The translations under genes and the position numbers were made by a program. Positions 63,017 through 64,000 of a stretch of 64,000 bases of DNA are shown one piece after another. Position 1 is the stretch's first letter. Each line of letters starts with the position of its first letter. The DNA comes from a virus: the IMG/VR virus record IMGVR_UViG_3300013738_000004, positions 1,931 to 65,930 of that record. One strand, 5' to 3'. Below the pieces are notes generated by a model. It did not search any database. It had not been told where the DNA came from and saw only the letters and a program-made list of their open reading frames with translations.

Positions 63017-63427
63017 ATGGACGATTCGATCGACCTACTGGTCTACCAGGGTGCGAACTGGCAGTACACGGACTTTGTTCAGAACGATCCTGTTGATCCC
63101 AACAACCCAACCAGCCCCGCGAATGCAGTCCAGTTGAATGGCTGCTCGGCGACCTTAACCGCAGCGGCATACCTCGGCTCGCCAACCTTCCTATTTCAGC
63201 TTTCTAGCGCAGACGGATCGCTCGTCATTAATGCGACGGCGGGCTCTGTCTCCTGGAATATGCCCGCCTCGCAGACATCCACCTTCACCGCAAATGGGCC
63301 GCCTGCCCCTCTTCAGGCGGGCGGCACATCCTACCAGATGGGCTTCTACGCGCTGAAGGTTGTCAATGCCGCCGGCGCGATCGTACGCGAATGCAGCGGA
63401 AAACTTTATCTCGTCCTAGACGTTTGA
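63017..63427 (+). CDS. Virion or fibre-associated protein (BppU-N-like)
   Basis: DLLVYQGANW...; beta-sandwich pattern. Confidence 0.6.
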   Translation: MDDSIDLLVYQGANWQYTDFVQNDPVDPNNPTSPANAVQLNGCSATLTAAAYLGSPTFLFQLSSADGSLVINATAGSVSWNMPASQTSTFTANGPPAPLQAGGTSYQMGFYALKVVNAAGAIVRECSGKLYLVLDV

Positions 63428-63434
63428 GGTACAC

Positions 63435-64000
63435 ATGACAATTGTCGTTGGCATTCCCGGCGCCCAGGGCATTCCTGGCGTCGCGGGCACGAACGGGAAT
63501 ACGGTTTGGACTACTAGCGGTGCGCCGGCTTCAACTGTGGGCGTCAATGGCGACTTCGCAGACGATCCGGTTGCGCAGGTGTGGTACGGGCCAAAGGCCG
63601 CTGGCGCATGGCCCGCCGGAGTTTCGTACAAAGGCGCAACCGGCGCAATGGGCCCACGCGGCATGCGCGGCATCTCCGATCGCATCCTTAGCGCTGGCAA
63701 CTTCTGGCAGTTCGCATCGGCGTCGCCTGTTCTCAGTGATGGTACGTCTACCACGGTGAACGCACTTGAGGGTCGGTATCTGCCCGCGGGCGGTGGTGAT
63801 CTGCGCGTTACGCTGAGCAACAAGAACGGCACCGGCTCAATCGTCGTTACTGCGTCGGTACAGTGGCCGACCAACCTCGTGCCGGAGCCGCTGACGTGGA
63901 ACAACGCAGCGAGCGTGACGATTCCGGCAGGTCAAACCGTCACCAGCGACCCATTCAACGGTGCATTGAATGTGTGGGGATGTCCGCCCCCGGGAACGGA
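63435..64000 (+). CDS. Fibre/spike-like protein with short collagen-like GXY stretches (partial)
   Basis: Own translation from ATG 63435: GAQGIPGVAGTNG..SGAP...GVNGD....YGPKA.GAWP; open to the window end. Confidence 0.7.
   Translation, partial: MTIVVGIPGAQGIPGVAGTNGNTVWTTSGAPASTVGVNGDFADDPVAQVWYGPKAAGAWPAGVSYKGATGAMGPRGMRGISDRILSAGNFWQFASASPVLSDGTSTTVNALEGRYLPAGGGDLRVTLSNKNGTGSIVVTASVQWPTNLVPEPLTWNNAASVTIPAGQTVTSDPFNGALNVWGCPPPGT

Larger units (their letters stand above)
590..64000. mobile_element. Lambdoid myovirus-type prophage (right end not in window)
   Basis: Canonical gene order int-xis / early-left / cI-cro / replication / Q / packaging / head / contractile tail / lysis. Confidence 0.97.

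Noticed and set aside
1-64000. rRNA, IS elements, reverse transcriptase/DGR
   Set aside because: No rRNA, transposase or RT motifs and no template/variable repeat pair were seen.

Overview
Almost the whole window (about 590-64000) is one lambdoid, Myoviridae-type (contractile-tailed) prophage. The host is probably a Burkholderiaceae bacterium (inferred from GC content and gene style). About 590 bp of host DNA lies at the left end, and the right end (attR) is outside the window. Gene order: integrase and excisionase; a long leftward early operon of accessory and recombination genes; the cI/cro immunity switch with 25-bp-spaced operators; replication and nin-like genes; a Q-like gene with a pR'-tR' late promoter; tRNA-Gln; terminase, portal, scaffold and capsid; sheath, tube, tape measure, baseplate and fibre; a reverse-strand surface-modification moron; lysis genes; and further fibre-like genes. 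The standout feature is at 12948-14623. A stand-alone RAMP/Cas7-like gene and a coupled partner gene sit directly downstream of five arrays of 5-nt GGY-NN units separated by conserved hairpins. This looks like a phage-borne, non-CRISPR RNA-guided system; it matches my unverified recollection of the recently reported VIPR architecture. Other notable items: a C5 methyltransferase whose probable second subunit is encoded in a fully overlapping +1 frame; a 30-copy combinatorial hexapeptide-repeat protein; a set of nucleotide-signal enzymes; an Ntn-protease gene in the head-tail module; a -1 frameshift in the tail chaperone gene; and two apparently broken genes. All product names come from motif recognition by eye; no database searches were run.
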